Part shown: piece by piece, positions 1 through 13,875 of the stretch | How the letters are laid out: each line of letters starts with the position of its first letter | How positions within the stretch are numbered: the stretch's first letter is position 1 | NCBI RefSeq assembly: GCF_963921235.1 | Contig: NC_086118.1 | Location: forward strand, 12,216,001-12,280,000 | Source: Mobula hypostoma | Lineage: Eukaryota | Length of the DNA stretch: 64,000 bases | Direction of reading: 5' to 3' | Translations under genes and position numbers: made by a program | Notes under the pieces: model-generated | What the model was told of the DNA's origin: nothing | The model's input: the letters and a program-made list of their open reading frames with translations, nothing else | Database searches by the model: none

Positions 1-499
1 GCAGAGGGTGGTACTGAACCCAGGTTGCAGGAGTTGTGGGGCACTACCATTCGGCCCAGGTCAATGATCAACAGTAAGAGTTCTGGCTGAGCCTTCCCCC
101 CACAACACTCAAGCCATCACCAATGGAGAAAATTAGATGCTGAGATTATCCAGGTTCATAAACCTCCATCTTTAATTCTGTGTAATCCTTTGAAAAATAT
201 AAGAGTGCACATAATGGGAAAAGAGAGTTCCATAATTATTTCACTGTGATTTGCTTCAGAGATGTTAGAAATCTTGGCATCTGACAGCATTTCTGAGAAG
301 CATGCTGGCGCGGGTTGCTAAAATAGCAGAGATTTGGAGGCAGCTAACATTTGCATTTATTCTGGAGTGGCAGTGTGTTGTACAAGTTCAGCTGTGCTCT
401 GTGGTGGAGTAGACTTGAAGGCATATTCTTGCTTGTGTCCTTTCTATTCTTATTCCATTGACGATCTGCCCGCATTCACTTCACACAAGTTTTAAAACC

Positions 500-790
500 T
501 TTTAAGTTGAAATAAGACATTTCCATATCTTGGTAAATTAACTCAAAATATCCCATGGCACTATTTCAAAGAGGAGCAGGAGATTTTTTTCCTGATTGCC
601 TGACCGATGCCTATCTCTCAACTTACACATAAAGCAAAATATTTGGTTAATCATTTCATGGGGCTATGCCATACATGGATTTGTGTATACTAACGACAAA
701 TACTATACGTCAAAAAATAATCCATTGGTTTGAATAATTACTGCATTGGCTGAAAAACAAAATTCCATCAGACTTATAAGTGTATACCAA
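500..790 (+). mobile_element. Deu-domain SINE remnant (SacSINE1/AmnSINE-like)
   Basis: AAATATCCCATGGCACTATTTCAAAGAGGAGCAGG...CCTATCTCTCAAC...TCCATTGG resembles the DeuSINE central domain as I recall it; strongly diverged. Confidence 0.6.
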
Positions 791-3700
791 TAGTTGTGAA
801 ATTTACATCGCTGTTTGAAAAAAATGTATGCATTAGTTGTAAAGGAATATGCCATTGAATGTTAAAAAATTCAATTGATTGTAAAATAAATTACTCAATT
901 AGTTATAGAAATGTAGTCCAGTGATTTTAAAACATATTGGACAATCCTTGCTTTACATGTTCTCTCGTTCCCTGAGATCATTTTCATGCAATTACTTTCT
1001 CCCTATATTTGCCTTGTGCTTCAGAAAACTGAGACAAAACGTATCAGATTCTAGCTAGACATCTCAATCACCTTGCTGTCTTCAACAAAAACAATCTTGA
1101 GTCAGCTAAATTTCTTGAAGTCTTTTTGACCTTGATATGTTTCAGCACTGTGAATGTGATTCTGCACTTTCTATTCAATTTATGAAAAAATAATAATAAT
1201 AGGTTATTTTATGGACGGAATCTTCAGCCAATTCTTCCGATCCCATATGCTGTTTTATTGTGGATAAATCTATCCATAATGTTGCATTCACACCACCAGG
1301 GAGATGCCATTATGGGTAGATGGCATTACTGGGATCTGTTTGCACTATGCAGCTGTGCAGTGCTCCATACTGGAGGATAAGTGTCTGTCTGAGGTTGGTG
1401 CCAGGATGATGCACTGAGTTAATTACAAGCCACAGCTGTGGAGTGCAAGCTGGCACACAGGGCTGCCAAACGACTGAGCAATGGCATCCGCCTGATGGTG
1501 AAACAAAATCCTGTGCAGCTAACTGGAATGTGTTTGCAGTTTTTGCTTCTAGTGTTCTATATCTCACACTATGTCTGCAGCCTCCCTCTGCCACTTAGCA
1601 GGTGAAACATCAAGGCCAGGAGACGTGGGACATCACCATTAGAGCATAATCACACAACTGAATTGGGGATCCAACTGGCATATCCCTGGCTGGAATGACT
1701 CCATCCCATCGTAGATGGAGCAACTTCTTAAATCTGCCGGAAAGCACGTACGAGGTTCCCTCATACCGCATTGCAAAGTGCAGTACCATGAAACATTTTA
1801 GATGGAATGTCAGGACGCTGGCTGTTTGATTCCTACCTTCCCAAACCTAAAGCTCTGACCCACAACCCTTTCTAACATGGTTTCACATCCAAAATCTACC
1901 AAAAATGTTAGGTTGGGGCAGTCAAGGTTCTGTGGAACTTGAGGACTTACATTTATAAACATTTACTTAAAAAAGAAACTTTTAGCTTTATTGTATTAGC
2001 AGATCCCGTCAGTCATGGTTCATGACTATTATCAGATCCCAATCCTTTTTAAAGGCCAAGACACACATTATGTAATGCCATAAATTGGTTGCAGTGAAAA
2101 ACAAGGAACATTTCATTTGAATTATTTGTACTCGGATTACTGTGTTATTCTCTACTTTGTTATTAAAGATATTTCCCAATCTGTTAGTGACTCATACAGA
2201 TTCAAGTTTGACACCCCTGACCCCCCCCACCAATCAATGTGATTTGATTATCGCTAGATTCCAAATTCAGATGTGTAATTCCCCTCCAATGGTGATGCAG
2301 ACTGTCCGCCAACTACTCCAGCCTTCTTACTTCACCTCCTGGGGAAGCTGTGGGAGGGTCTGCGTCATCACACCTGAACAAACGAGCACGAAGAGTCGGA
2401 GGGCATCAGGTATTAAGAACAGGACAAGTAGAAGCTGAAAATCTCAGGTAGAGATGCAGGTTCTTTGGTTTGGGTGATGGTGCAGTTGGAAGATGGTTGG
2501 TGGAGGATATAGAACTGAAAGTTTCTGTCTACTTATCATATTGCTCTCAACCTGCCAAGTTGGTTTGCAGGTAGTCTTGACTGTAACTTTCCCATTACCG
2601 CCAAGTCTTTCGCAATTTGATCACAGAGCAAATTTCAGGGCTTATTTTTTGATTTCTTTATGTCCCAACTCTCGAAGTTTCCGAACGGGGATGCTGTGGT
2701 AGTGTTGAGTGAAGTTCTAAACTCAAATGAAGAACTTAAGCCCTATCTGACAGAGATAGCTAGGGGCGCTAAAGGGAGATTATACTGTATCTACCCAGTC
2801 TTCAAGGGTGTTTATTCTCCACTGCGAGTTTAGCTGCCAATACTCCCTATTAGAGTGATGGGTCCTCTCTCCTGACCAAGGAGAAAGTATTTACAGATAA
2901 CAAAGTAGTTGAAAACACAGTTAATTTATTTTCAGTGATACACATTTAAATCAAAGCAACACTTCTAAACACATTTAAAACTCAGAGAATTTCAATCTTA
3001 AACATTTCCAAATTCTCACAGAGGATTTCAATCATGCACTTCCAAATTAGAAAACAATTTTCTAAACAAAAAGCACAATTGCACAAAGCATTTCTAAGAC
3101 ACAAAGGACAAAGGATTTTCAAAACAGGTACAATTTATATAAACTAAAAAGACATATGCACAATGTAGATGAATAAGTCGTTTGTCACAGAAGCCAGATG
3201 AATGAATTCTCATTCACTGCATGGTTTTTCATGTTTCTCCTTGATGTTCATTACTCCATTCCTAATAATCCTCAACTGCTCTCTTCACGCTTTTTCTCCC
3301 ACTTGGGTGACTTCACAAGTATATGATATTATCTCAGATATCCTTTAAACACAAATAGTCTAAGAGCATTTTGGAGACATAGATCTCAATTAATGCTCAA
3401 AAGCTAATATAAAGCTTCCAACTATAAATACATCAGTTACTGATATGCTTAATGATATTATCCATCTATTCTGCAAGCTTTCTTGAGTTAAGCAATTTAA
3501 GAATCATCTTGTCTGTTTTGAAACAACCCATTGTCATATACGACACCCTGAGAAATAATAAAGCGGATGTAGTGACTTTCCACAGAGTGTCTTCTGTCTG
3601 CAGAGCTTGTTTGCAAAGCTGTGTTTTTAACTTCAAGCTGAATACTGCTTTCCATTTCCTTTTTTAGAACTGAAGACTGACTTCCATCTATGATCAAAAG

Positions 3701-4079
3701 TTAAATAAATCACAGTTGGAAGTTACTTAGAATTGTTTTTGATCTTACAAGAGGCAGCTGTTATTTAGAAAACAAACTTAGCAAACATGAGAAAGAACCC
3801 TAGGAGAGTGACTATCCATTACAATGCAGCAGATCACAACAATGTTATTTCAGAAATAGGGAAGGGTACAACCATGACTTCAATCTGTAGTGAGTGAATC
3901 TGAAGTGAATGCTTTGTTTATTCCTACTGCCAGCCAGGTCATCAGGTGGTATAGAGGGGTGGGTCTTTTTGTTACTATATTTTGAAACACATTTCATTTT
4001 GAAGGCTAGAAAATTAAATCCATGAGGGGTGTTGAATGCTGATAAAGAAAACCTGAAGCACAAAGAATAAAGATGTCAT

Positions 4080-4350
4080 TATATGCGGCCTGCCTAATGA
4101 AGTGAAAAATAAGCTACAACAGGGATGTTCACGGAGGACGAGCGCTAATCACTCGATCAGTTACACCTGTGTCTGGCCTATTAATTGATCGGTTGAAAGT
4201 GTGGATGATCAGAAGGTTCAACATCGATGATTTATCCCACTGTTGTCAAGCTGTCAGTTAAAAAAAAGACCCTTTAGCGCATCCAGCTGCTGCCCCTTAT
4301 CCATTCACATTATTCAATGGAAAGATGGATTGTACAAGTATCTAATCAAC
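4080..4350. promoter_or_regulatory. candidate intronic enhancer / conserved non-coding element
   Basis: Non-repetitive and retains CpGs; TGATTTAT (PBX-HOX type) 4228-4235 next to TTGTCA 4243-4248 and CTGTCA 4251-4256 (MEIS-type), plus several TAAT cores. Confidence 0.3.
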
Positions 4351-6866
4351 TGCACTTTTCCACATAGGGACAGATATATAAACAGAGGTCTGCAGCAGAG
4401 AGCAACCTTTATGCTCTTTTCAACAAAATTATTCTTCAAAATTAGAAATTTTGATGCATTGAACTTTAGAAAATCCATACCTCTTATTAAAAAGTTAAAA
4501 ATATGACCAAAGCTCCACCTGGATTGAAGTGAAAGAGCATAAATTAGGAAGCAATATTTTAATTGTGACATATTTAAAATAGTTGTATAGTTCAGTTTGG
4601 CAAGTTTTTAAATAATCTCTTCAATTTCAGCTGGTTAAATTATAAGAATATCTCAAAGGACAGAGGACACATAAACCTTGGCTAATTTATACTGTACCTA
4701 TACCTTGGTAACTGGGCTTTGTTCTCTGCAAAGGGAGAGTGCACCCCTTCAAACAAGACATATGCCAACTATTTAAGGATATTGGTATTGTTGGCAACAA
4801 CCAATACACACAACATCAATTTATCAATGATCTCAGCAAAGTTGAACCACTGTAGAGAATTACAGAAGTTGGGATATTTTCATGAGTTTGTTTTGCCTGT
4901 GCTCTATATAAACTCTTATCACGTTCCTAAGGACAAGTCTTGCTCATTCGTCACTTTTTTCTTTTTTTTATCAATCACCCAACATTGACTTTCTTCGATG
5001 TTGATTATGTTCTCTACATTGATCATTAACTTGGCTTAGATATTCTGCAATTCTATGCCTTTCTGATTCTTTTTCTCTCTACCCTAAATATTCAACATTT
5101 AATCTTCCATTTATTTTCCTCTCGTTCTAGTTCTTGACAAAGTACAAGTTAAATAATTATAACCTTCAACCTTATTGAAATGCAAACCACTTTTTAGCAT
5201 AATTTGTTTAAGAGCTGTCACTGCGAAGGAAGGAGATTATTACTTCCTTTCTTTGCTACTGAGACTTCACTATTGCTCAGAAGTACTAGGCTGTAGCACG
5301 GGGAGAAATAAAAAACTGAGAAACAGCACTGATACACTCAATAAAGTTGTTTTCAGAACTTTGCAGGATAGGTTCCGTTGATTCCTGTCACACAGGGCTC
5401 TTCTGTAGTGTCTTTGAACTGTGGAGGTGTATCTGAAGCTGCTCTGAAACTGTGGAAGCTACCTTTGTTCTTCCATTTAACTGACTTGCCTAATAATGCC
5501 TATGCTGAAATATGAGCTCTAAATTTTTGGATCTAATATCCTCTGACTCTAACTAAAACAGATCAGCTGGGCCTCAAAACTTTGCTGTTTTTGGGTCTGT
5601 ATTGTGTAGAAACAGAGAACTATAACTTCCACATTACTTTCATGACAATGCACAAGAGTACTTGACTATCTGTACAGTTACAGTTGATTATTATCTGTGC
5701 TTGGCTATTAATTATTTAAGGAGGATTCAAAAGTTTATCTGTTGACATTTTAAAATAATTTTATTATTTATAGATGTTCATTTCATTGTTAAGAGTTTAC
5801 AAATGCTTCTAGATGTCAAAAATAGGTAGAAAAGCGTTCGTTGGTCTTTGGTGGACAGAAAGGATATTTCTGGCAGTCAAAGACTTCCAGTGGAATTTGA
5901 CAGCAGAGTCTTGTTCTGGCCTATGCACATCTCCCTATTATGTTGCTTAAGGCCCTGACACTGCTTGGTTCTCAGCACCAAGATCAAATGGGCCGGCCTT
6001 TGGGCCTAAAGAGGTTACATCTGGGAAAACATGGGACACCATTTGGATGAGAGTTCTGTTGAGGAAAATCAGGGCCTCTGGCAAAATCTGCAAATAAAGT
6101 GACTACATATGGGTCATGAAGACGAGCAGGTGCGGTGATAGGGATTTTCTATGTGATCTTAATGAACAGCACATCAGATAGAAGGAAGCACAGGCGGGTC
6201 CTAAAGCAGATGAGAGAGCAGTTTTACATGCTGATTCTGTGCAGTCATCAAGTCCAGCCTTCTCTGTGAGACCATGGAATGCAGATTAGATAATTGTGCT
6301 GCCCTTGCCCATCTTGAGATGAAAAGAAGACCCCTCAGACCATTTGTCTTTCTCTTGTATGTCAACAGCTTATCATGATTAATGTTACACAGAGCCCGAC
6401 ATCTGCCTACGAAACACTATTATTAATGTGGATGTTAGGGACAATAATGTTTAGAGCTTTGTCATGCATTATGAAGTATGGCAATCATGTTCCCTGAACC
6501 ACATCGAATGTCCACACTGGATGGAAGTTGGCAACCTGGGTGACATCTGGATTTGTGGTTCGTAGAACAGGCTTTTCTTGTACTACTCATTTTAGATTGG
6601 ATGTAAAGTGTTGGAATGAGCTGGGAGATGAGGGCAGGTCAAGGTCTCTGCTTGTAATTGAGGATATAGTGCTATTCTAATATCTCAGAACTGATATATA
6701 CATACCAAGTAGTCTTCTGAACACTAGTCTATGTATAAAATTCTCCTTTGTCATGGCACATCATGTCACTTGATAAACTGTCTCTCAAGTTTCTATTTAT
6801 GCATTAATATATAGGAGCTAACACTGAAAGAAACCATGTCCTTGAACAAATTCAGCCTTGCCGTAA

Positions 6867-7585
6867 CCAAGCAACACAAATAAAGTGGTGGAGGAATTCA
6901 GCAGGCAGCATCTATGGAAAAGAGTAAACTGTTGACGTTTTGGGCCAAGACCCTTCATCATCCCTAGGGAAAAAAAGATGAGAAATTAGAGTAAGAAGCT
7001 GGGGCAATGGGAGGAAGAAGTACAAGGTGATAGGTGAAACTGGGAGAGGAGGGTGGTGAAGTAAAGAGATGGGAAGTTGATCAGTGAAAGAGATAAAGGG
7101 CTGGAGAATGGGGAATCCGATAGGAGAGAGTAGAAGACCCTGGAAGAAAGAAATGAGGGAGGACCACCAGAGAGAAGTGATGGGCAGATAAAGAATTATG
7201 GTGAGAGAGGGAAGTGGCAATGGGGAATGGTGAAGAAAAGATGGGGGGGCAATTACTGGAAGTTCGAGAAAACGATGTTCATGCCATCAGGTTGGAGGCT
7301 ACCCAGATGGAATATAAGGTGTTGCTATTCAAATCTAAGTATGGCCTCATCGCGGCAGTAGAGGACACCATGGGCTGACATGTCGGACTGGGAAAGGGGA
7401 ACAGAATTGAAATAGATGGCCACCAGGAGATCCTACTTTTTCCAGTGGACTTGGCAAAGCGGTCTCCCAACCTCATCGGGTCTCACCAATATACAGGATG
7501 GGAGTACCAGATACAGCAGCTGACCACAACAGACTCACAGGTGAAACATTACCTCACCTGAAAGGAATGTTTGGGGTCCTGAATG
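6867..7585 (-). mobile_element. Penelope-like retroelement 3' fragment (end of GIY-YIG domain, 3' UTR, degenerate hammerhead)
   Basis: Minus-strand peptide MRLGDRF matches the GIY-YIG region of the 59.5-61.4 kb copy; same pyrimidine-rich 3' UTR and terminal GATGCTGCC-type repeat; hammerhead core mutated (GATGATGA...AAAACGTC) at ~6930-6965. Confidence 0.85.
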
Positions 7586-10395
7586 CCAGGACTAATTTCC
7601 ATTCACCTGGTAACTTCTATAGCTCCAGGATGTCCAAAATCCCTTCATTGTCAATAAGGTGTACTTAGTTGTGTAGTCACTTCTGCTGGAAACTTCACAT
7701 TTCACTGAATGTCAGAAGTAGGGTTAGTCAGCAAAATATTTGAAGATTGGGAGTATGCCATACTGCTAGGTGGGTGCCTCACATCCCCTTGGGAGAGCCA
7801 ATTCTTCTGTCCCACTTGAATGCTTGGAAATTTATAAGCAATATTCCTGTTTATTTTTCTTTTTCCCATCTTTATCCTTTATTATCTTGTGTAATAATGT
7901 TCAGGTCAACTTAGTCGATTATCACTGTGGAAGTCACATAAAAGTTGAGACCTTGAGCAGGGTTGTTGGGTGTTGGGCCTCCTTGTGTAATGCTGGCATT
8001 GTTTATTTCAGAAAGGTGTGTTCCATCAAGATCCTTGCAACTGCCAGCACTTAGCCCAGCAGCTGTGCCATCTGCAGCTAGCTCTTAAAGGATTGTGCAA
8101 TAATGTAACCCCACTATTTTTTCTTCCCTGGAGCAATATCATTCAGAAGGAAGAGGGAAATGATATTGATTTTAATTGTTGATGAGCAAGATGTGCTGTC
8201 ATGCTTGAACTCCAACAGACCAGAGAGCAGAAGAGAGTTATTGACGGAGAATGGACCAGGTTCCAGTAACCAGAGCTCGATCACCTAGGTCAACTCTGGG
8301 TCTGAAGTGTGTGAAGTGGCCTCAATGCCAACTGATCAGTTCATCATTGTCAACCCTGCACCCCGAGAGGCTGCTTAGAGTGTAGGAACAGATATTGATG
8401 ATGTTCTTGTGAGAACATCAATTCGTCCCCCTATCAATTGATAAAATAGTCCAGGTTATTAATGAATCCTTATGGATAACTGTGTGCTATCTCTCTGATG
8501 TGGTTATGCAGATTTTTGATTATGTTTATGCAACAGGAAAATACGAAGCTCTTTAAAATGGAACTTTTAGATCTCTTTGGATATACAGAGAAAGTTGGAC
8601 TCATATGTGAATTCAACCAGCTGTGGTCTATTTGCTTGCCTTTACCTAATATTTAACTTTTCATTGTTGGGATTCTTGAGTTACCAAGGGGAGGTAGTGA
8701 TGAGCTAAATTCTATAACCACTTGATACAGTTAAGAGTTAATGATATTTTCATGGCTTATATTTGGAGTTTTCTTACACATTCAGAAAAGTAAATGTAGG
8801 GTGGGGAGGAAAACATCAAACAATTAGAAAACAGATTGCAATTTAATGATTAGTCAGGAATAATTTACTTACAGAATTGATGGTTAAACTTGTATACTAA
8901 TCTTAGTCCGTTCAATAAGAAGTTGTTGCACACTTAGCTCTTCTCCCTGATTGGGGCAATCAGGGGAAGTAAATTAATTTGTGCCAAGCACGTGCTTCAA
9001 TGCTGTTTTCTTTCATTGGTACCAAAGGGTGTTTACATACATTTGGATTTGTAGTTCATGAACTATGAAACCAATAGAAGGAATGGTAATACTGAATTTC
9101 AGGTGTACTACGAAGTAATTACTCATATATAAACCAAAGAACGTGGCATTTGGGCCATAACCCAAGATACAAGCCTGGGACACATTGGTGTTTACTAATG
9201 GGTAACTTGAAGCTGATAGACCGATATGTAGAGCTGGGAGGGTGTTAAGCCAAATCTCTGTAAGGCTTCAATCGGTTAGTTTGAGTGTACTAAACTTTCA
9301 TTCAATTCACAGTATAATGCCCACTCACGCCTCCCTAATTAAACACTAATTACTGTTTTCAGTGATATTAGATCACTAGAACAGATTATTAAATGGTTTT
9401 CTCAAGAGTACTTAATAACCAATTAAAACTTGTAAGCCTGTGGGGAAGTAATTAATGAATTCAAACCTTCTGTTGTGTGCAATGCTGAAGGATTAATAAA
9501 TACTATTATTGGGAATAATTAACTTGTATGGAAATATCATGGTAACATCTCCCGTATTTTAACTCACATTGATGTATGCCAAAACCATAGCAATTGGGAA
9601 GGGAAATTAAGATCCTCTACAGTATTAGAAACAATTTTTAATCACTAATGACTTTACCATAGTCCATTAGTGCAGTGGGCAATTTTTAAAGAAGTCTTTG
9701 TTTGAGAATTGATATCTTTTTGGAGAGGGGCACATTTGAAACACTTGATATACATCTAAAATGAAAAAGAGTTATGCTTTAAAAAAAACATGTTACACTG
9801 CATAGAATAGGAGATATGGCAAGGTAAATCAGAAAGAAAGCTCTGCTTGCTTTTAAATCCCGTAAGACAAGAAGAAAAAGTCAAAAGTGGTCTTAAGTTA
9901 AAAAGGAGGTGATGGGTCTTTATTTCGATTCATTTCTTGTTGCATAGTATTCAGAAAGTGTATAAGACAGCAGGAAAATTAAGGAGAGAATTAGAAGAAC
10001 ATTCAACAGAACAATGGACAATTTATGTCAAGCTAGGGTTAGCTCAGTTAATAATGTAACATGGATATTTAAACAGCTACTCTAATGGTAGGGGAGATAG
10101 ATGAATCATTTCAGGATTGAACAAGCTTGAAACAAACTTTCTCCATCTGCACTCAAGCCCAGACCCTCTAGAAGTCTTTATTACCATGAGGAACTGTTCA
10201 GATTTAGGAATGATGTGTTCAGTAGTTGTTTCTTACCAAGACACGGACTCTAGGAGTAAAAGTGTGGGACTTGTACCCAATGTACAAGTGGTGACAATTC
10301 AGCATATAGGAAGGAGATTGAAAATCTGGCTGAATGGTGCCTCAGCAACAACCTTTCACTCAACAGCAGCAAAACCAAAGACTTGATTGTTGATC

Positions 10396-10610
10396 CACAC
10401 AAAATGCTGGAGGAACTCAGCAGGCCAGGCAGCATCTATAGGAAAGAGTAAACAGTTGACGTTTTGAGCGGACACCAAGTCCTTATGAAGGGTCTCGGCC
10501 TGAAACGTCGACTGTTTACTCTTTTTCGTAGATGCTGCCTGGCCTGCTGAGTTCCTCCAGCATTTTCTGTGTGTTGCTTGGATTTCCAGCATCTGCAGAT
10601 TTTCTCCTGT
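10396..10610. mobile_element. short inverted-repeat (hairpin) derivative of PLE terminus
   Basis: CACACAAAATGCTGGAGGAACTCAGCAGGCCAGGCAGCATCTA...TAGATGCTGCCTGGCCTGCTGAGTTCCTCCAGCATTTTCTGTGTG inverted arms, with a ~40 nt extra tail on the right arm. Confidence 0.85.
10477..10514 (+). ncRNA. minimal hammerhead ribozyme motif, core-mutated
   Basis: AGTC-CTTATGA-A-GGGTCTCGGCCT-GAAA-CG-TC-GACT; CUGAUGA changed to CUUAUGA, so probably inactive. Confidence 0.6.
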
Positions 10611-10624
10611 CCCAATTATTGACT

Positions 10625-11350
10625 ACTGGAGGTAGTGACAGTCCTCATCAGGGAATCAGAGGTAGAGAGGGTCAGTGACTAAATATTTTGGTGTTATAGT
10701 TTCAGAGGATCTGTCCTGGGTCCAGCATTTAAGTACCTTTACAAGGAAGGCACAACTGCACGGTGGAGAACATACTGACTGGTTGTATCATGGTCTGGTA
10801 TGGAAACGCCAATGCCCTTGCATGGAAAAGCCGACAAGAGTAGTGGATACAACTCAGTCCAGCACAGGTAAAGCCCTCCCCACCACTGTTCACATCCTCA
10901 TGGAGTGCTGTTGCAGGAAAGCAGCATCTATCATCAAGGACCCGTATCATCCAAGCCATGCTGTCTTCTCATTGCTACCACCAGGAAGGAAATGCAGGAT
11001 CCTTTGGTCCTACACCACCAGGTTCAGGAACAGTTATTACCCCTCAGCTACCAGGTATTTGAACCAGAGGGTATAACTTCACTCACCCCAACACTGAACT
11101 GATTCCACAACCTATGGACTGACTTACAAGGACTCTACAACATGTGTTTTCAATCTTTATTATTTACTTATTTATTATTATTAATTTTTTCCTTTTTTGT
11201 ACTTGCACAATTTGCTGTCTTTTGCACCTTGGGGTTGCTTGTCCATTTTGTTTTGTGCAGTTCATCATGTTTTCCTTTATATTTACTGTGAATGCCCGCA
11301 AGAAAGTGAATCTCAGGGTTGTATATGGTAACATGTATGTACTTTGGTGT
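10625..11350 (+). mobile_element. Rex/Babar-type LINE 3' fragment
   Basis: Peptide KYFGVIVSEDLSW...KAASIIKDPYHPSHAVFSLLPPGRK...RFRNSYYPSA is typical of the RT C-terminus; internal deletion. Confidence 0.8.
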
Positions 11351-11884
11351 ACAGTCAAAGTTCAAAGTAAGTTATCAGAGTTAACAGTAACCCTACTACA
11401 AATGAGCGCCCATTTATTCCTTATTGGACATGTGCATGAGTCACGCAGTAGAAAGTACAGGCGGGAATTGTGCCCGCAAATTTCTCCTCCATGCCCAGGA
11501 GACTGAGGCTTGAACAAATTTAAAAACTATACATTGAAGATCCTGTTGCTCTTTTGAAGCAAAGGGGTTTTTAAATCAAAGTTTTTATAAACATATCTCC
11601 CACCCTAGTTAATTAAACCAGGTACCTGACACTTGGTTCCAGGATTTTGTTGCATTATTTTTCAATCCTTTAGGAGCCAGTCTCCTTTCAAGAGGAATTA
11701 TCTTGCCTTGCATTCACATTTGGGGAGACGGAGCCTTGTACATTGGAGGCAGGGGCAAACCGGTGTAGGCAGGGAAAGTATTACTCTGCCTGTTATGGTC
11801 ACATGACACAATGGCCCCATAATACTGAGGATGCCCACATTGTGCCTTTCCAGAAGTGGTCAAACTTGTATCTGCATTCAGACT

Positions 11885-13875
11885 CAATAGACAATAGACA
11901 ACAGGTGCAGGAGTAGGCCATTCGGCCCTTCGAGCCAGCACCGCCATTCACTGTGATCATGGCTGATCATCCGCAATCAGTATCCAGTTCCTGCCTTATC
12001 CCCATAACCTTTGATTCCGCTATCTTTAAGAGGTCTATCCATCTCTTTCTTGAAAACATCCAGAGACTTGACCTGCACTGCCTTCTGGGGCAGAGCATTC
12101 CACATATCCACCACTCTCTGGGTGAAAAAGTTTTTCCTCAACTCAGTTCTAAATGTCCTACCCCTTATTCTTAAACTGTGGCCTCTGGTTCTGGACTCAA
12201 CCATCAGCGGGAACATGCTTCCTGCCTCCAGTGTGTCCAATCCCTTAATAATCTTATATGTTTCAATCAGATCCCTTCTCATCCTTCTAAATTCCAGTGT
12301 ATACAAGCCCAGTCCCTCCAATCTTTCAACATATGACAGTCCCGCCATCCCGGGAATTAACCTTGTGAACCTACGCTGCACTCCCTCAATATATCCTTCC
12401 TCAAATTTGGAGAACAAAACTGCACACAGTATTCCAGGTGTGGTCTCACCAGGGCCCTGTACAGCTGCAGAAGGACCTCTTTGCTCTTATACTCAATTCC
12501 CCTTTGAAGGCCAGCATGCCATTAGCTTTCTTCACTGCCTGCTGTACTTGCATGCTTGCTTTCAGTGACTGATGTACAAGAACACCTAGATCTTGTTGTA
12601 CTTCCCCTTTTCCTAACTTGACTCCATTTAGATAATAATCTGCCTTCCTGTTCTTACCACCAAAGTGGATAACCTCACATTTATCCACATTAAACTGCAT
12701 CTACCATGCATCCACCCACTCACCCAACCTGTCCAAATCACCCTACCTTTTCATAACATCCTCCTCACATTTCACACTGCCACCCAGCTTTGTGTCATCT
12801 GCAAATTTGCTAATGTTACTTTTAATCCCTTCATCTAAATCATTAATGTATATTGTAAACAGCTGCGGTCCCAGCACTGAACCCTGCGGTACCCCACTGG
12901 TCACCGCCTGCCATTCTGAAAGGGACCTGTTAATCGCTACTCTTTGTTTCCTGTCAGCCAGCCAATTTTCAGTCCATGTCAGTACTCTGTCCCCAATACC
13001 ATGTGCCCTAATTTTGCCCACTAATCTCCTATATGGGACTTTATCAAAGGCTTTCTGAAAGTCCAGGTACACTACACCCACTGGCTCTCCCTTGTCCATT
13101 TTCATAGTTACGTCCTCAAAATATTCCAGAAGATTAGTCAAGCACGATTTCCCTTTCGTAAATCCATGCTGACTCGGACGTATCCTGTTACTGCCATCCT
13201 AATGTGTCATAATTTCATCTTTTATAATTGACTCCAGCATCTTTCCCACCACTGACGTCAGGCTAACCGGTCCATAATTCCCTGTTTTCCCTCTCCCTCC
13301 TTTCTTGAAAAGTGGGACAACATTAGCCACCCTCCAATCGACAGGAACTGATCCTGAATCTATAGAACATTGGAAAATGATTACCAATGTGTCCACGATT
13401 TCTAAAGCCACCTCCTTAAGTACCCTGGGATGCAGACCATCAGGTCCCGGGGATTTATCAGCCTTCAGACCCAACAGTCTATCCAACACCATTTCCTGCC
13501 TAATATAAATTTCCTTCAGTTCATCCATTACCCTAGGTCCTTTGGCCATTTTTATATCTAGGAGATTGTTTGTGTCTTCCCTAGTGAAGACAGATCTAAA
13601 GTACCTGTTCAACTCGTCTGCCATTTCCTTGTTCCCCATAATAAATTCACCCTTTTCTGTCTTCAAGGGCCCAATTTTGGTCTTAACTATTTTTTTCCTT
13701 TTCACATACTTAAAGAAGCTTTTACTATCCTCCTTTATATACTTAGCTTGTTTACCTTTGTACCTCATTTTTTCTCCGCGTATTATCTTTTTAGTTATCT
13801 TCTGTTGCTCTTTAAAAGTTTTCCAGTCCTCCGGCTTCCCACTCGTCTTTGCTGTGTTATACTTCTCTTTTATCC
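11885..13875 (-). mobile_element. CR1-clade LINE (HER1-like), 5'-truncated, broken ORF2 reverse transcriptase
   Basis: ORF pieces [64 protein letters not shown]; (TCTATTG)n 3' tail at ~11885-11900. Confidence 0.95.

Noticed and set aside
3100..3540. Minus-strand frame that might be a CpG-decayed ORF
   Set aside because: Eight stops in ~120 codons is no better than random
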